In this document: piece by piece, positions 51,701-64,000 of the stretch
How the letters are laid out: each line of letters begins with the position of its first letter
How positions within the stretch are numbered: the stretch's first letter is position 1
From: Pristiophorus japonicus
Lineage: Eukaryota
Direction of reading: 5' to 3'
DNA: 64,000 nt
Assembly (NCBI RefSeq): GCF_044704955.1
Contig: NC_091984.1
Span: 179,552,001 to 179,616,000, forward strand
Translations under genes and position numbers: made by a program
The notes under the pieces: generated by a model
Databases searched by the model: none
Told to the model about the DNA's origin: nothing
What the model saw: the letters and a program-made list of their open reading frames with translations, nothing else

Positions 51701-53480
51701 TCGGGATAAATGGGTCCTTTTCGGGTTGGAAATCGGTGATTAGTGGTGTGCCACAGGAATCGGTGCTGGGACCACAACTGTTTACAATATACATAGATGA
51801 CCTGGAAGAGGGGATGGAGTGTAGTGCAACAAAATTTGCAGATGACAGAAAGATTAGTGGGAAAGCGGGTTGTGTAGAGGATACAGAGAGGCTGCAAAGA
51901 GATTTAGATAGGTTAAGCGAATGGGCAAAGGTTTGGCAGATGGAATACAATGTCGGAAAATGTGAGGTTATCCACCTTGGAAAAAAAACATTAAAAGCGA
52001 ATATTATTTGAATGGGGAGAAATTACAACATGCTGCGGTGCAGAGGGACCTTGGGGTCCTTGTGCATGAATCCCAAAAAGTTAGTTTGCAGGTGCAGCAG
52101 GTAATCAGGAAGGCGAATGGAATGTTGGCCTTCATTGCGAAAGGGATGGAGTACAAAAGCAGGGAGGTCCTGCTGCAACTGTATAGGGTATTGGTGAGGC
52201 CGCACCTGGAGTACTGCATGCAGTTTTGGTCACCTTACTTAAGGAAGGATATACTAGCTTTGGAGGGGGTACAGAGACGATTCACTAGGCTGATTCCGGA
52301 GATGAGAGGGTTACCTTATGATGACAGATTGAGTAGACTGGGTCTTTACTCGTTGGAGTTCAGAAGGATGAGGGGTGATCTTATAGAAACATTTAAAATA
52401 ATGAAAGGGATAGACAAGATAGAGGCAGAGATGTTGTTCCCACTGGTCGGGGAGACTAGAACTAGGGGGCACAGCCTCAAAATACGGGGGAGCCAATTTA
52501 AAACCCAGTTGAGAAGGAATTTCTTCTCCCAGAGGGTTGTGAATCTGTGGAATTCTCTGCCCAAGGAAGCAGTTGAGGCTAGCTCATTGAATGTATTCAA
52601 ATCACAGATAGATAGATTTTTAACCAATAAGGAAATTAAGGGTTACGGGGAGCGGGCGGGTAAGTGGAGCTGAGTCCACGGCCAGATCAGCCATGATCTT
52701 GTTGAATGGCGGAGCAGGTTCGAGGGGCTAGATGGCCTATTCCTGTTCCTAATTCTTATGTTCTTATGTAAGAGACCATATCGTGAGCAGCGAATACAAT
52801 ATACTGAATTGAAAGAAGTACAAGCAAATTGCTGTTTCACCTAGAAGGAGTGCTGGGGCCCTCGAAAGTGAGAAGGGTGGAGGTAAAAGGGCAGGTGTTG
52901 CATCTCTTGCACAGGAAGGTGCCGTAGGGAGGGGAGGGGTTTCTGGGGGTGATTCCAGAATGGACCAGGGTGTCTCGGAGGGAGCTGTCCCTTCGGAATG
53001 ATGCGAGGGCATGGAAAGATGTGATTGGTGCTGGGATCACACTGGAGTAGGCGGAAATGGAGGAGGATGATCCGTTGAAAGTGGAAGTTGGTGGGTTGAA
53101 AGGTGAACCCTGTCGTGGTTCTGGGAGGGAGGGGAAGGGGAGAGACCAAAAGTGCTAGAAATAGAATGCGCATGGTGAAAGGCCATGTTATCCACAGTGG
53201 AGGGGAATCCTCGGATGAGGAAAAAGGAAGACATATCAGAGGCACCAGTGTGGAAGGTGGCATCGTCAGAACAGATGCGATGGAGACATAGAAACTGGGA
53301 GAATGGAATGGATGCTGGCTGGGAGGAAGTGTAGTCCAATTAACTGTGGGAGTCAGTGGGATTACAGTGAATGTTTGTCAATAGTCTATTGCCAGAAATG
53401 GAGACAGAGAAGTCGAGGAATGGAAGGGAAGAATCGGAGATAGACCATGGGAAGGTGAGGGAACGGTGGAAATTTATTGA
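48780..53480 (-). mobile_element. Penelope-like element split by a CR1 insertion (48780-49402 + 52769-53480)
   Basis: ORF 53037..53339 'DYTSS...SIPFSQFL.L.RICSDD..F......MSSFF..RGFP'; CxxC..C linker; GIY-YIG region continuous across the CR1 (ccaatgt^aagagacc); hammerhead-type end at 48850-48880. Confidence 0.85.
49403..52768 (+). mobile_element. Near-complete ORF2 CR1 LINE with end of ORF1, apparently chimeric
   Basis: APE (49496-50572), RT (50953-52011, 52008-52673), (ttcttatg)n tail; duplicated APE N-terminal motif. Confidence 0.95.
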
Positions 53481-53519
53481 AGATTGAATTCAAACATCAG
53501 TGTTAAGTGTTTTAGCGGG

Positions 53520-56500
53520 GTGGGGGCGGGGTGGGGGGTTGAGAGTAAACCGTTAAAGGTCGTGGTCCATATCAGGACCAACGATATAGGCAAAAAGAGG
53601 GATGAGGTCCTACAGGCAGAATTCAGGGAGTTAAGAAGAAAATTGCTACCAGTGCCACGTGCTAGGTGGAGTAGAAATAGCAGGATAGCTAATATGAATA
53701 TTTGGCTTCAGGAGTGGTGCAAGAGGGAGGGATTCAAATTCCTGGGACATTGGAACCGGTTCTGAGGGAGGTGGAACCAGTACAAACCGGATGGTCTGCA
53801 CCTGGGCAGGATCGGGACCAATGTCCGAGGAGGAATGTTTGCTAGTGCTGTTGGGGAGGGTTTAAACTAATATGGCAGGGGGATGGGAACCTTTACAGGG
53901 AGACAGAGGGAAATAAAATGGGGGCAGAAGCAAAAGATATAAAGGAAAATATTAAAAGTGGAGGGCAGAGAAACCCAAGGCAAAAATCAAAAAGGACCAC
54001 ATTACAGCAAAACTCTAAAGGGACAAAGAGTGTTAAAAAGACAAGCCTGAAGGTTCTGTGCCTCAATTCGAGGAGTATTCATCATAAGGTGCATGAATTA
54101 ACTGTGCAGGCAGCTATTAACGATTATGATATAATTGGGATTACAGACACATGGCTCCAGGGTAACCAAGGCTGGGAACTCAACATCCAGGGTTATTCAA
54201 CATTCAGGAAAGATAGACAGAAAGGAAAAGAAGGTGGGGTAGCGTTGCTGGTTAAAGAGGAAATTAAGGCAATAGTAAGAAAGGACGTTAGCTTGGATGA
54301 TGTGGAAACTGTATGGATAGAGCTGCGGAATACAAAAGGGCGGAAAACGCTCGTGGAAGTTGTGTACAGACCAGCAAACAGTAGTAGTGAGGTTGGGGAT
54401 GGCATCAAACAAGAAATTAGGGATGGATGCAATAAAGGTACAGCAGTTATCATGGGCAACATTAATCTACATATTGATTGGGCTAACCAAACTGGTAGCA
54501 ATGCGGTGGAGGAGGATTTCCTGGAGTGTATTAGGGATGGCTTTCTAGACCAATATGTCAAGGAACCAACTAGAGAGCTGGCCATCCAAGACTGGATGTT
54601 GTGTAATGACAGAGGACTAATTAGCAATCTTGTTGTGCGATGCCCCCTAGGAAACAGTGAACATAATATGGGAGAATGCTTTATTAAGATGGAGAGTGAC
54701 AGTGTTAATTCAGAAACTAGGGTCCTGAACTTAAGGAAAGGTAACTTTGATGGTATAGACGTGAATTGGCTAGGATAGACTGTAAACGATTCTTAAAGGG
54801 TTGACAGTGGCTAGGCAATGGCAGACAGTTATAGATCACATGGATGAACTTCAACAATTGTACATCCCTGTATGGAGTAAAAATAAAACGGGGAAGGTAG
54901 CTCAACCGTGGCCAAAAAGTGAAATTAGGGATAGTGTTAATCCAAGGAAGAGGCATATAAATTGGCCAGAAAAAGCAACAAACCTGAGGACTGGGAGAAA
55001 TTTAGTATTCAGCAGAGGAGGACAAAGGGTTTAATTAGGAGGGGGGAAATAGAGTATGAGAGCAAGCTTGCAGGGAATATAAAAACTGACTGCAAAAGCT
55101 TCTATAGATATGTGAAGAGAAAAAGATTAGTGAATACCAACGTAGGTCCTTTGCAGTCAGAATCAGGCGAATTTATAATGGGGAACAAAGAAATGGCAGA
55201 ACAATTGAACAAATAATTTGGACCTGTCTTCACGAAGGAAGACACAAACAACCTTCCAGAAATACTAAGTGTTCGAGGGTCTAGCGAAAAGGAGGAACTG
55301 AAGGAAATCCTTATTAGTCAGGAAATTGTGTTAGGGAAATTGATGGGATTGAAGGCCAATAACTCTGGGATAGGCTGCATCCCGGAGTACTTAAGGAAGT
55401 GGCCCTAGAAATAGTGGATGCATTGGTAATCATTTTCCAACATTCTATTGACTCTGGATAAATTCCTATGGACTGGAGAGTAGCGAATGTAATACCACTT
55501 TTTTTAAAAGGAGGGAGAGAAAACAGGGAATTATAGACTGGTTAGCCTGACATCAGTGGTGGGGAAAATGTTGGAATCAATTAGTAAAGATGAAATAGCA
55601 GCGCATTTGGAAAGCAGTGACAGGATCCGTCCAAGTCCGTGTGGATTTATGACAGGGAAATCATGCTTGACAAATCTAGAATTTTTTGAGGATTTAACTT
55701 GTAGAGTTGACAAGGGAGAACCAGCGGATGTGGTTTATTTGGACTTTCAAAAGGCTTTTGACAAGGTCCCACACAAGAGATTAGTGTGCAAAATTAAAGC
55801 ACATGGTATTGGGGGTAATGTATTGACGTGGATAGAAAACTGGTTGGCAGACAGGAAGCAGAGAGTCAGAATAAACGGGTCCTTTTCAGACTGGCAGGCA
55901 GTGGCCAGTGGGGTGCCGCAGGGTTCAGTGCTGGGGCCCCAGCTATTTACAATATACATCAATGATTTAGACAAAGGAATTGAATGTAATATCTCCAAGC
56001 TTGCAGATGAAACTAAGCTGGGTGGCGGTGTGAGCTGTGAGGAGGATGCTAAGAGGCTGCAGGGTGAATTGGACAGGTTAGCTGAGTGGGCAAATCCATG
56101 GCAGATGCAGTATAATGTGGTTAAATGTGAGGTTATCCACTTTGGTGGCAAAAACAGGAAGAAAGAATATTATCGGAATGGTGACAGATTAGGAAAAGGG
56201 GAGGTGCAACGAGACCTGGGTGTCATGGTACATCAGTCATTCAAAGTTGGCATGCAGATAGAGCAGACAGTGAAGAAGGCAAATAGCATGTTGGCCTTCA
56301 TACCTAGAGGATTTGAGTATAGGAGCAGGGAGGTCTTACTGCCGTTGTACAGAGCCTTGGTGAGGCCACACCTCGAATATTGTGTTCAGTTTTGCTCTCC
56401 TAATGTGAGGAAGGACGTTTCTGCTATCGAGGGAGTACAGCGAAGGTTCACCAGACTGATTCCCGGGATGGCAGGACTGACATATGAGGAGAACTTGGAT

Positions 56501-59500
56501 CAACTGGGCTTGTATCCACTGGAGTTTAGAAGAATGAGAGGGGATCTCATAAAAACAGATCAAATTCTGACGGTTTTGGACAGGTTAGAGGCAGGAAGAA
56601 TGTTCCCGTTGCTGGGGAGTTCCAGGACCAGGGGTCGCAGTCTAAGAATAAGCGGTAAGCCATTTAGGACCGAGATGAGGAGAAACTTCTTCACTCAGAG
56701 AGTGGTTAACCTGTGGAATTCTCTACCGCAGAAAGTTGTTGAGGTCAGTTCGTTAGATATATTCAAAAGGGAGTTAGATATGGCCCTTACGGCCAAAGGG
56801 ATCTAGGGGTATGGAGAGAAAGCAGGAAAGGGGTACCAAGGTTGAATGATCAGCCATGATCTTATTGAATGGCGGTGTAGGATCGAAGGGCCGAATGGCC
56901 TGCTCCTGCACCTAATTTCTATGTTTCTATGTTTCTATGTTAAAGGGTAGGACTTCAAAAGTAGTAATCTCCGGTTTACTACCACTGCCACGTGCTGATG
57001 AGTACAAGAATAGAATGATAGAGAGGATGAATGCGTGGCTGGAGAGTTGGTGTAGGAGGGGGGGCTTTAAATTATTGAGGAATTGGTACTGCTTCTGGCG
57101 ATGGGACCTGTACAAACTGGATGGGTTGTATCTCAACAGCGCCGGGACCAATATCCTCGTGGGGAGTCTTGCTAGTGCTGTGGGGGAGAGTTTAAATTAG
57201 CTTGGCAAGGGGATGGGAACCTGAGAATAAATTCAATAGGGAAGGAAGTAAAGAAGAAATTGGACAGTAAGAATTTAGAAAGAAAGTCTGTAATACAGAG
57301 GAAACAGGGCTTAGTATGTAGTAATCAGGGAGGCCTTCCTCTGCTAAATCGTGTATACTTTAATCAAAGGAGTATAGCGAATAACGCAGATGAGCTAAGA
57401 GCAGAAGTAGATAGTTGGGAGTATTATAGCCATTACAGAAACATGGCTGAAAGAGGGGCAGATTTGGCAGATCCATATTCCTTGTTACAGCATTTTTAGA
57501 CAATACAGAGAGCGGGGTAAAAACGGGTGGGGCGTCGTGGTACCGAATAAAGAGACCATTACAGCAGTGAGGAAGGATGATATGTTAGAGGGATCAAAAA
57601 ATGAGCCCATATGGGTCGAATTGTAAAATAGAAAAGGGGCGATCACACTGCTGTGCATGTAATATCGACCCCCAAACAGTGGGAGGGAAATAGAGGAGCA
57701 AATATGTAGGCAAATTGCTATGAAGTACAAAAATCATAGGGTAGTAATAGTAGGGATTTTAACTATCCAAATATTGATTGGGACAAATATAGTGTGAGGA
57801 GTATAGAGGGTGTGGAATTCTTCAAATGTATTCAAGAGAACTTTTTTAGTCAGTATGTAGCAAGCCCAACAGGAGAGGGGGCGGTTTTGGATTTAGTTTT
57901 GGGGAATGAAGCTGGGCAGGTTGAAGCGGTATTAGTGGGAGAGCACTTGGGTGCCAGTGACCATAATTCAGTCAGATTCAAGTTAGTTATGGATAAGGAC
58001 AAGTATAGCCCTGGAATTAAAGTCCTAAATTGGGGGAAAGCTAATTTTGCTAAGTTAAGGAGTGATTTGGCCACAGTGGACTGGAAACAACTACTTGTGG
58101 GTAAATCAGTGTTGGAACAGTGGGAGACATTCAAAAAGGAGATCCGGAAGGCTCAGGACAAACATGTGCCCTAAAGAAAAAGGGTGGGAATAATAATTCT
58201 GGAGCTCCTTGGATGTCTAGGGACTTACGGGGAGGTTGAAGAAAAAAGGGATGCTTATGTCCTATACCAACGGCTACATTCTATAGAATCTTTAGAGGAA
58301 TATAGAAAGTTAAGAGGAAAAATTAAAAAGGATATTAGGAATGCTAAGAGAGAGAATGAAAAATTCTTGGCTAGCAAAATTAAGGAAACTCCATAAATAT
58401 ATTAAGAATAAGAGGGTAACTAAAGAAAGGGTAGGACCCATTAGAGACCATGAAGGTAATCTTTGTGTGGAGGCGGAAGATGTTGGTAAGGTTCTTAATG
58501 AATACTTTGCATCTGTTTTCACAAAGGAAGGGGGAAATGCAGATACTGCTATCGAGGAGGAGTGTGTTATTCTAGAGGAAATTATCATAGTGAGAGAGGA
58601 AGTATTAAGGGGTTCAGCAGCTTTGAAAATAGATAAGTCCCCAAGCCGGGATGAAATGCATCCCAGGCTGTTGAACGAAGTAAAACAGGAAATAGCAGAG
58701 GCCATGAGCATCATTTTTCAGTCCTCTTTGGATTTGGGCTTGATGCCGGAGGATTGGGGGACTGCTAATACAGTACCCCTGTATAAGAAGGGAGAAAGGG
58801 ACAGATCAAGTAATTATAGGCCTTTCAGTCTCACCTCAGTGGTGCGAAAATTCTTGGAAAAAATCCTGAAAGACAGGATAAATCTACATTTGGAAAGGCA
58901 AGGATTAATTAGGGACAGTCAGCACGGATTTGTTAAGGGAAGATCGTGTTTGACTAAGCTGATTGAATCTTTTGAGCAGGCAACCAAGAGGGTTGATAAG
59001 GGTAGTGCATATGATGTAGTGTATATGGACTTTAGCAAAGCTTTTGATCGGGACCTACATGGTAGACTCATCACGAAGGTTAAAGCTCATGGGATCCAGG
59101 GCAAAGTGGCAAGTTGGATCCAAAATTGGCTTAGAGGCAGGAAGCAAAGTGTAATAATTGATGGTTGTTTTTGTGACTGGAAGGATATTTCCAGTGGGGT
59201 TCTGCAGGGCTCTGCACTGGGTCGCTTGCTTTTTGTGGTATATATCAACGATTTACATTTGAATATAGGGAGTATTATCAGGAAGTTTACAGATGATACT
59301 AAAATTGGCTGTGTGGTTGATAATGAAGAGGAAAGTCATGGGCTGAAGGGGGATATCAATCTACTGGACAGGTGGGCAGAGCAGTGGCAAATGGAATTTA
59401 ATTCAGAGAAGTGTGAGTTAAAGCACTTTGGGAGGGCTAATAAGGAAATGGTTTACACATTAAGCAGTAGGCCACTTAATAGTCTAGATGAACGTAGGGG

Positions 59501-59523
59501 CCTTGGGAGTGCTTGCCGACAGA
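53520..59523 (+). mobile_element. Older CR1 LINE (53520-53644 + 56941-59523), truncated by the Tx1 element
   Basis: ORF1 SGNH-like 'VVVHI.TNDIG...RK L|KGRTSKVVISGLLP.PRA' continuous across the nested CR1; ORF2 pieces 57794-58174 and 58341-59552. Confidence 0.88.
53645..56940 (+). mobile_element. CR1 LINE (ORF1 esterase-like end + ORF2), nested in another CR1
   Basis: ORFs 53918-54778 (APE), 55556-56806 (RT 416 aa); (tttctatg)n tail at 56915-56940. Confidence 0.95.
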
Positions 59524-62500
59524 ACTCTTTTGGGAGGAAACTAAAACATTAAATCGTGGCCCCCTGATCTGGGGGAGGCACCAAACATTTGGAAGGCCCT
59601 TTTTTGGGTTTTTTTTTGTTTTTTTTGTGGGTTTTTTGTGTGTTTTTTTTTTGTTTGTTTTTTTTGGGCACTAAAATCATATTTTTTCCTCCAAGTGCCC
59701 CCTATAAAAGGGGAGGGGGACACTAAAAACACCGGCAATTAAAACAAATAAACTTTAAAACATAAAGTCAACTTAAAATTTGGTTGCCGGGGGTGACGAT
59801 GCACTCCAGTCCCTCCGGCGCCCACCTCTCGCGGAAGGCTGTGAGCGTACAGGTGGACACTGCGTGCTCCATCTCCAAGGACACCCTGCCGCGGATGTAT
59901 GCGCGGAAGAGAGGCAGGCAGTCAGGCTGAACGACCGCCCTCGACCGCCTGCTGCCTGGACCGGCTGATGGCACCCTTGGCCATGCCCAGGAGCAGTCCT
60001 ACGAGGAGGCCCTCAGACCTACCTGCTCCACTCCGCACAGGGTGCCCAAAGATCAGGAGTGTGGGACTGAAGTGCAGCCAGAATTTCAGGAGCAGCCCCT
60101 TTAAATAATAAAACAGGGGCTGCAACCTCGTGCATTCGGTAAAAACATGGAACACGGACTCTTCCAGACCGCAGAAATTGCAGGCGGCCTGGGAGCCCAT
60201 GAACCGGCTTAAAAATTTATTGCACAGCACTGCTCCGTGCACCACCCTCCAGGCCAAGTCCCCGATAAATACTGGGAGGACTCCCGCGTAGAGTGCCCTC
60301 CATTGGGGACCCCCGCCTCCTCCGGATGGCAAGATGGTACGCTATGGCGTGTCCGGATGGCAGGCGAGGATGGTAAAGTTGAGAGTGTGCAGGAGCAGCA
60401 CATACAGGAAACCCCTCCGCGCGGAACTGAAAGGCACGGAGGGGATTTCCCCGAGGCGGATCAAGTTGTGAGGCGCCGGCTCCCGAGGGAGGTTCCGGGG
60501 TTTGGCGCCGATGAGGAATTCCGTCTGGACGGGGGTCAGTTCGGACGGGATCTCCCCACGTGCTTGAGCCTCCTCGATGCACCTAACGGAGCCAGGGCCC
60601 AGAGCTGTTTTTAGCGACTCGATGGCATCGGCCGCGCGGCGGACGTTGGCTGAATTTAGGTGCCACGCCAGCGTGTCTGGCGCCATCCAGCCCGCTCCTC
60701 CGCCATCGAGCAGGTCCCTGACCCTGGTCACCTCACCAGCCACAGCCCTCTCGTCCGACCGCCACCTAAAACCTCGGTCGTGGAGGTACGGATTCCCGAG
60801 CAGCGGCTCCTGCAGGACAGCCGCCACTCCAGCTGGTGGAGAGCTGCGCTTGGTGGAGACTTTGTTCCAGACCCTGGTGCGTTCCTTGTAAAAGACAGGC
60901 AGCTCCTGGAAGGCGGTCCTGACGCCCCCCAAGCTCACAAACAGGAGCTGCGCGTCATAGTTGAGGCTGTGCTGCTGGCGGAAGAAATACGTCGCCAGAG
61001 CATGCCACCTGGGAGGGGGCTCGACGTAAAGGTATCTCTGCAGGGTCTGAAGACGGAAAGTCGCGAGCTGGGTGCTGACGCACACCAATGACTGACCGCC
61101 CTCCCCAAGCGGGAGACTCAAGACCGCGGCAGAGACCCAGTGCTTCCTGTTGTTCCAGAAGAAGTCCACCAGCTTCTTCTGTATCTTGGTGACAAACACA
61201 GGGGGAAGGGTCAAAGTGACCAGTTGGTACCACAACATGGCGGCCACCAGCTGGTTTATGACTAGCGCTCGACCCCTGTAGGACAGCACTCGGAGCAGTC
61301 CTATCCAGCGCCCTAGGCGAGCGGCGACCTTGGCCTCCAGCTCTTGCCAGTTCGCCGGCCAGGCTTCCTCGTCGGGGCTAAGGTAGACTCCCAGATAGAG
61401 GAGATGGGTCGTGCTCTAGGCAAATGGCCTGAGCTCCTCTGGCAGGGAGTCCACCCACCACTGACCCACCAGGAGTCCGGAACATTTCTCCCAGTTGATC
61501 CTGGCAGAGGATGCGGCCGAGTAAATCTCCTGGCACACACGCATCCTCCGCAGGTCAGCGGGATCCTCTACCGCGAGGAGCACATCATCGGCGTAAGCCG
61601 AGAGGACGACCTCCACGCCCGGCCCTTGCAGAGCCAGTCCCGTCAACCTCGTCCGCAGGAGGCGCAGGAAAGGCTCCACGCAGATGGCATATAACTGGCC
61701 GGACATGGGGCATCCCTGGCGCACCCCTCTCCCAAAGCGAAGGGGCGCCATCAAGGACCCGTTAACCTTTATCAGACACTCCGCGGCGGCGTACAAAAGT
61801 CGGATCCGGGCAACGAAATGCGTCCCGAACCCGAAAGCGCGCAGAGTTCCAAACAGATAGTCGTGATCCACCCTGTCGAACGCCTTCTCTTGGTCGAGAG
61901 ATAGGAAGGCGACCGCCAGACCAGTCTCCTGGGAATGATGGATAAGGTCCCGGACCAGATGGATGTTATCGTGGATTGTCCGGCCCGGGACCGTGTAGGA
62001 CTGGTCGGGGTGGATCATGTGGTCCAGCACGGCGCCAAGGTGAGCAGACATCGCCCTGTTGAAGATTTTGTAGTCCGTGCTGAGGAGGGAGACCGGGCGC
62101 CAGTTCTTAAGGAGGCGGAGATCGCCCTTCTTAGGCAGCAGGATGATGACTGCCCTGCGCCAAGAGAGGGGCATCTCCCCGGTCGCCAGACTTTCCCCCA
62201 GGACCCGCGCATAGTCGCCCCCCAGAACGTCCCAGAACGCCCTGTGGAACTCCACGGTCAGCAGGTCCAGCCCCAGGGCTTTTCCCCTCGAGAGCCGGTC
62301 GAGGGCGCCGGTCAGCTCCGCCAGGCTTAGCGGAGCTTCCAGATTTTCAGCGCCCTCCCGGCTAACCTTCGGCAGGTCCTCCCACAAAACTCTACGTGCT
62401 TCCTCGCTGGATGGCTCCGGAGAGAACAGAGCCCCGTAATATTCACGGGCCCTGTTGTTGACGCCCTCCGGATCCGAGACGAGAGAGCCGTCGTCGACCA

Positions 62501-64000
62501 GCAGCGTCAAGAGCTGCTTACGGACACTCTGCCTTTTTCCAGCGAGTAGAAGAAGGGGGAGCCGCGGTCCACATCACGCAGGAACCAGATCTGCGACCTC
62601 ACGAACGCGCCTCGGGACCCGACGAGCTGCAGGTCCTTCAGCGCGGCCTTCTTCACTTCGTACACCGTCCGCAGGGCCGGGTCCTCGACAACTTGATCGA
62701 GACGGGACTCCAGGTCAAGCACCTCTTTTTCTAGGCGCCCGACCCTGGCCGCCCGCCTCTTGGTCGACCCCCTCGCGTACTCTTGACAGAAGACGCGTAC
62801 GTGAGCCTTGCCCACGTCCCACCATAGCCTCAAGGAGGGGAAGCCCCCCTGCTTCCTTCTCCAGTGGGCCGAGAAACGACGGAACGAATCCTGGAACCGC
62901 ACATCTTCCAGCAGCTGGTTGTTAAAATGCCAGTACACGGACCCCGTCCTCGCGCGGAGCAAAGCGAGCTCCGCCCACACCAGGTGGTGGTCCTAACATG
63001 GCACCGGCCACATGGAGGCCGCCGGGACGCAGGAAACGTATGCCCGAGACACATAAAGGCGGTCGATTCTGGACCATCCTACTCCAGGCCTCACCCAAGT
63101 AAAGGCGCTGGAGTCGGGGTGGAGATTTCGCCAGACGTCCACCAGGTCGAAGAACCCGACCAGGTCCCTCAACTTCTCCATCGCCGTCATGCTCTGCGGG
63201 GCACCGGAGCGGTCCCTTGCCTCGAGGGTGCAGTTAAAATCCCCCCCGAGGGCAATGCAGTCGCCGACATCGACGGAGCTAAGAAGAGCGGACACTTATT
63301 GGAAGAAGCGCGTTTGCTGCGGGCCGGGCTGAGGGGTGTACACGTTCACGAGATGGAGCGGCATGTCCCCCAGGTGAACCGTGATGTGCAGCAAGCGGCC
63401 TGGCATGGGCTCCTCGACCCCCAAGATCTCCAGCTGAAAATGCGGGACCAGCAAGATGGATACCCCACAAGAAGTGGTGGTGAGGTGGCTCATGCGGACC
63501 TCTCCTTGCCATTCCAGGAGCCACGTGGCTTCGTCTCCCGGAACGGTGTGGGTTTCTTGCAGGAAGCACACCGCATATTTCCCCTCCCGCAGGGATGAAA
63601 ATTTGTTAAATCTACGGTGTGCCTCTCTGCCGCCGTTGATGTTGAGGCTGGCTATGGTTATCTTCATGACAAAAGCATAGTGCAACATCTACCTAACCTA
63701 TTGTGGGGGAGGGGAGTGGAGTCGTTTGTTGACCTCCACTCCTTCAGCGTCCCAGCGAGGAACCTTTTGAGACGGCGCAGCTCAAGGCCTTGCGCCTTTG
63801 ATAACGGCCCGCCCGCGGCCATGGTTTTAATGGCGGCGCGGACGGACGCGATGAGCAGCCCCGGCTCAGACCATTTTTCCCGGGCCAGATGGGCTCGGTT
63901 GCGGCAACCCTGGCTCTGGGCCAAAAAGTCCCGGAGTTCCTTTACAGGAATGAGGGGGGACTCAGCAGCGGGCACGAGGAGATCCACTGCCTCACTGGTG
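59524..64000 (-). mobile_element. Tx1-like (L1 clade) non-LTR retrotransposon; ORF1 end + disrupted ORF2; runs off the window
   Basis: APE 'SLNING', 'LQETH', 'GGDFNC', 'SRIDR'; RT 'WRPVSLLSTDYK', 'LDQEKAFDRV', 'GVRQGCPMS', 'YADD'; C-terminal 'CNFCGLEESVFHVFTEC'; GC-rich; several stops/frameshifts. Confidence 0.95.

Noticed and set aside
51363-51950. Long antisense ORFs over LINEs (also 6643-7218, 55747-56151, 62864-63598)
   Set aside because: Shadow frames of CR1/Tx1 ORF2, recurring in each copy; no independent evidence of coding.

Overview
Eukaryotic, repeat-dense vertebrate DNA, almost certainly from a cartilaginous fish (shark). This rests on the CR1/HER1-type LINEs with 8-nt microsatellite tails, Deu-domain tRNA SINEs and cluster-type immunoglobulin genes. 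I found no intact host protein-coding gene. The host content is two divergently oriented Ig light-chain (lambda / type II) cluster remnants. (1) A + strand cluster has an octamer promoter (27436), leader exon (27554-27602), a germline-joined VJ exon with no RSS (27866-28194 + 32868-32888) and a C exon (39136-39450). A complete 4.67-kb Ty3/Gypsy LTR retrotransposon sits inside the J motif FGKGT^KLILG with a 5-bp TSD, and V and C also carry frameshifts. (2) A - strand C exon (3159-3784) is split by a CR1 3' fragment, and I could find no V/J partner for it in the window. The rest is a heavily nested transposon landscape: many CR1 LINEs (one apparently chimeric), an RTE LINE and an RTE-derived non-autonomous element, a Tx1/L1 element with an unusual non-poly(A) 3' end, Penelope-like elements with hammerhead-ribozyme motifs, a two-gene Harbinger transposon, MITEs and putative solo LTRs. 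Coordinates were read by eye; junctions with quoted sequence are precise to a few bases, and old repeats are approximate.
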